Shown: positions 63,534 through 64,000 of the stretch, one piece after another
Position numbering within the stretch: the first letter of the stretch is position 1
Layout: every line of letters starts with the position of its first letter
DNA from: a virus
Taxonomy: Duplodnaviria > Caudoviricetes
Reading direction: 5' to 3' (one strand)
IMG/VR virus record: IMGVR_UViG_3300028914_001625
Span: 1-64,000 of that record
DNA length: 64,000 bases
Program-made: the position numbers and the translations under genes
Notes under the pieces: model-generated
Seen by the model: only the letters and a program-made list of their open reading frames with translations
Databases searched by the model: none
What the model was told of the DNA's origin: nothing

Positions 63534-63541
63534 TATTTATA
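63534..63541 (-). promoter_or_regulatory. T4 late promoter TATAAATA heading the fibre operon
   Basis: Exact consensus in an intergenic gap. Confidence 0.7.
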
Positions 63542-63557
63542 CAAGAAAAGACAACGC

Positions 63558-63986
63558 TTAATGCGTTGTCCATTCCGAATTTGCTTCAAGAATTTCAACT
63601 TTCCGAAGATCTCTTTTCTTCTTTTTCTCTCCAGGAATAGTTCTATTTGTCAAAATGTTCAGAAACTGTTTAATATCTCCTTTTTGTCCCGCTTGCCATG
63701 AATATCCGGGTACTTTAGAGCCGTTTATTTCTATCAGTCCAGTATACCATTGAACTCGCCAAAAAACCCGTTGGAGGTCATTCGCGAAGAAGGTAATGGA
63801 GCCTAAATTTTCCTCTTCCGACATGCCAAAAAAGACTGCTACAGAGCAGTCTATTCTTTCTTCAGCATTAGGGTCTAAATCATTCCTAATAGAGACATGC
63901 AATCCAAAGAACTCAGCGGTCTTCTGAAATGCTTCTACATATTTGGAGATAACCTCAATGTTGTGAATGTATGGCTGTATGTCCAT
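63558..63986 (-). CDS. Hypothetical protein
   Basis: ORF; GATAAATA at 63991-63998 upstream. Confidence 0.6.
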   Translation of the reverse strand: MDIQPYIHNIEVISKYVEAFQKTAEFFGLHVSIRNDLDPNAEERIDCSVAVFFGMSEEENLGSITFFANDLQRVFWRVQWYTGLIEINGSKVPGYSWQAGQKGDIKQFLNILTNRTIPGEKKKKRDLRKVEILEANSEWTTH

Positions 63987-64000
63987 ACATTATTTATCAT

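Noticed and set aside
1-64000. CRISPR array, tRNA genes, integrase or transposase
   Set aside because: No regularly spaced repeats or cloverleaf signatures in any intergenic gap; no recombinase motifs in the ORFs.
1-64000. Stop-codon reassignment, as in some large gut phages
   Set aside because: Conserved genes are full length in the standard code, and both TAG and TGA end genes at sensible positions.

Overview
A 64-kb piece of a large lytic T4-superfamily (myovirus-like) phage genome in the standard genetic code. The T4-like call rests on a gp14-like neck protein, UvsW, UvsY, gp46/gp47, an ATP-dependent DNA ligase, Hsp20 and (T/G/A)ATAAATA late-promoter motifs. I found no tRNA, CRISPR array, integrase or reverse transcriptase. 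Layout: 1-3.6 kb, glycosyltransferase/ATP-grasp cluster. 3.6-35.9 kb, minus-strand early/accessory region of many small ORFs behind sigma70-type promoters; it carries Hsp20, a DUF2828 (TROVE/vWA-like) protein, nadE-pncA-(membrane ORF)-pncB, a NadD-Nudix fusion, an Rnl2-type RNA ligase and the DNA ligase. 36-47.8 kb, virion genes plus uvsW. 47.8-48.4 kb, a structured non-coding gap. 48.4-53.8 kb, plus-strand uvsY-46-47-GT-ATP-grasp. 53.8-64 kb, tail-fibre-like genes. Best candidates for new biology: (1) a complete four-enzyme deamidating NAD+ rebuilding pathway (PncA, PncB, NadD-Nudix, NadE), distinct from NARP1/NARP2; (2) a six-member protein family sharing a C-terminal I-[KE]-x-[AC]-[GS]-x-[DEN]-[YF] tag; (3) a hairpin-rich non-coding segment with 7 GTAAG/CTTAC repeats; (4) five promoters whose -35 box sits inside a terminator-like hairpin; (5) glycan/amide-ligase clusters that may be late-expressed. 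All protein assignments come from motifs read by eye; no database searches were run.
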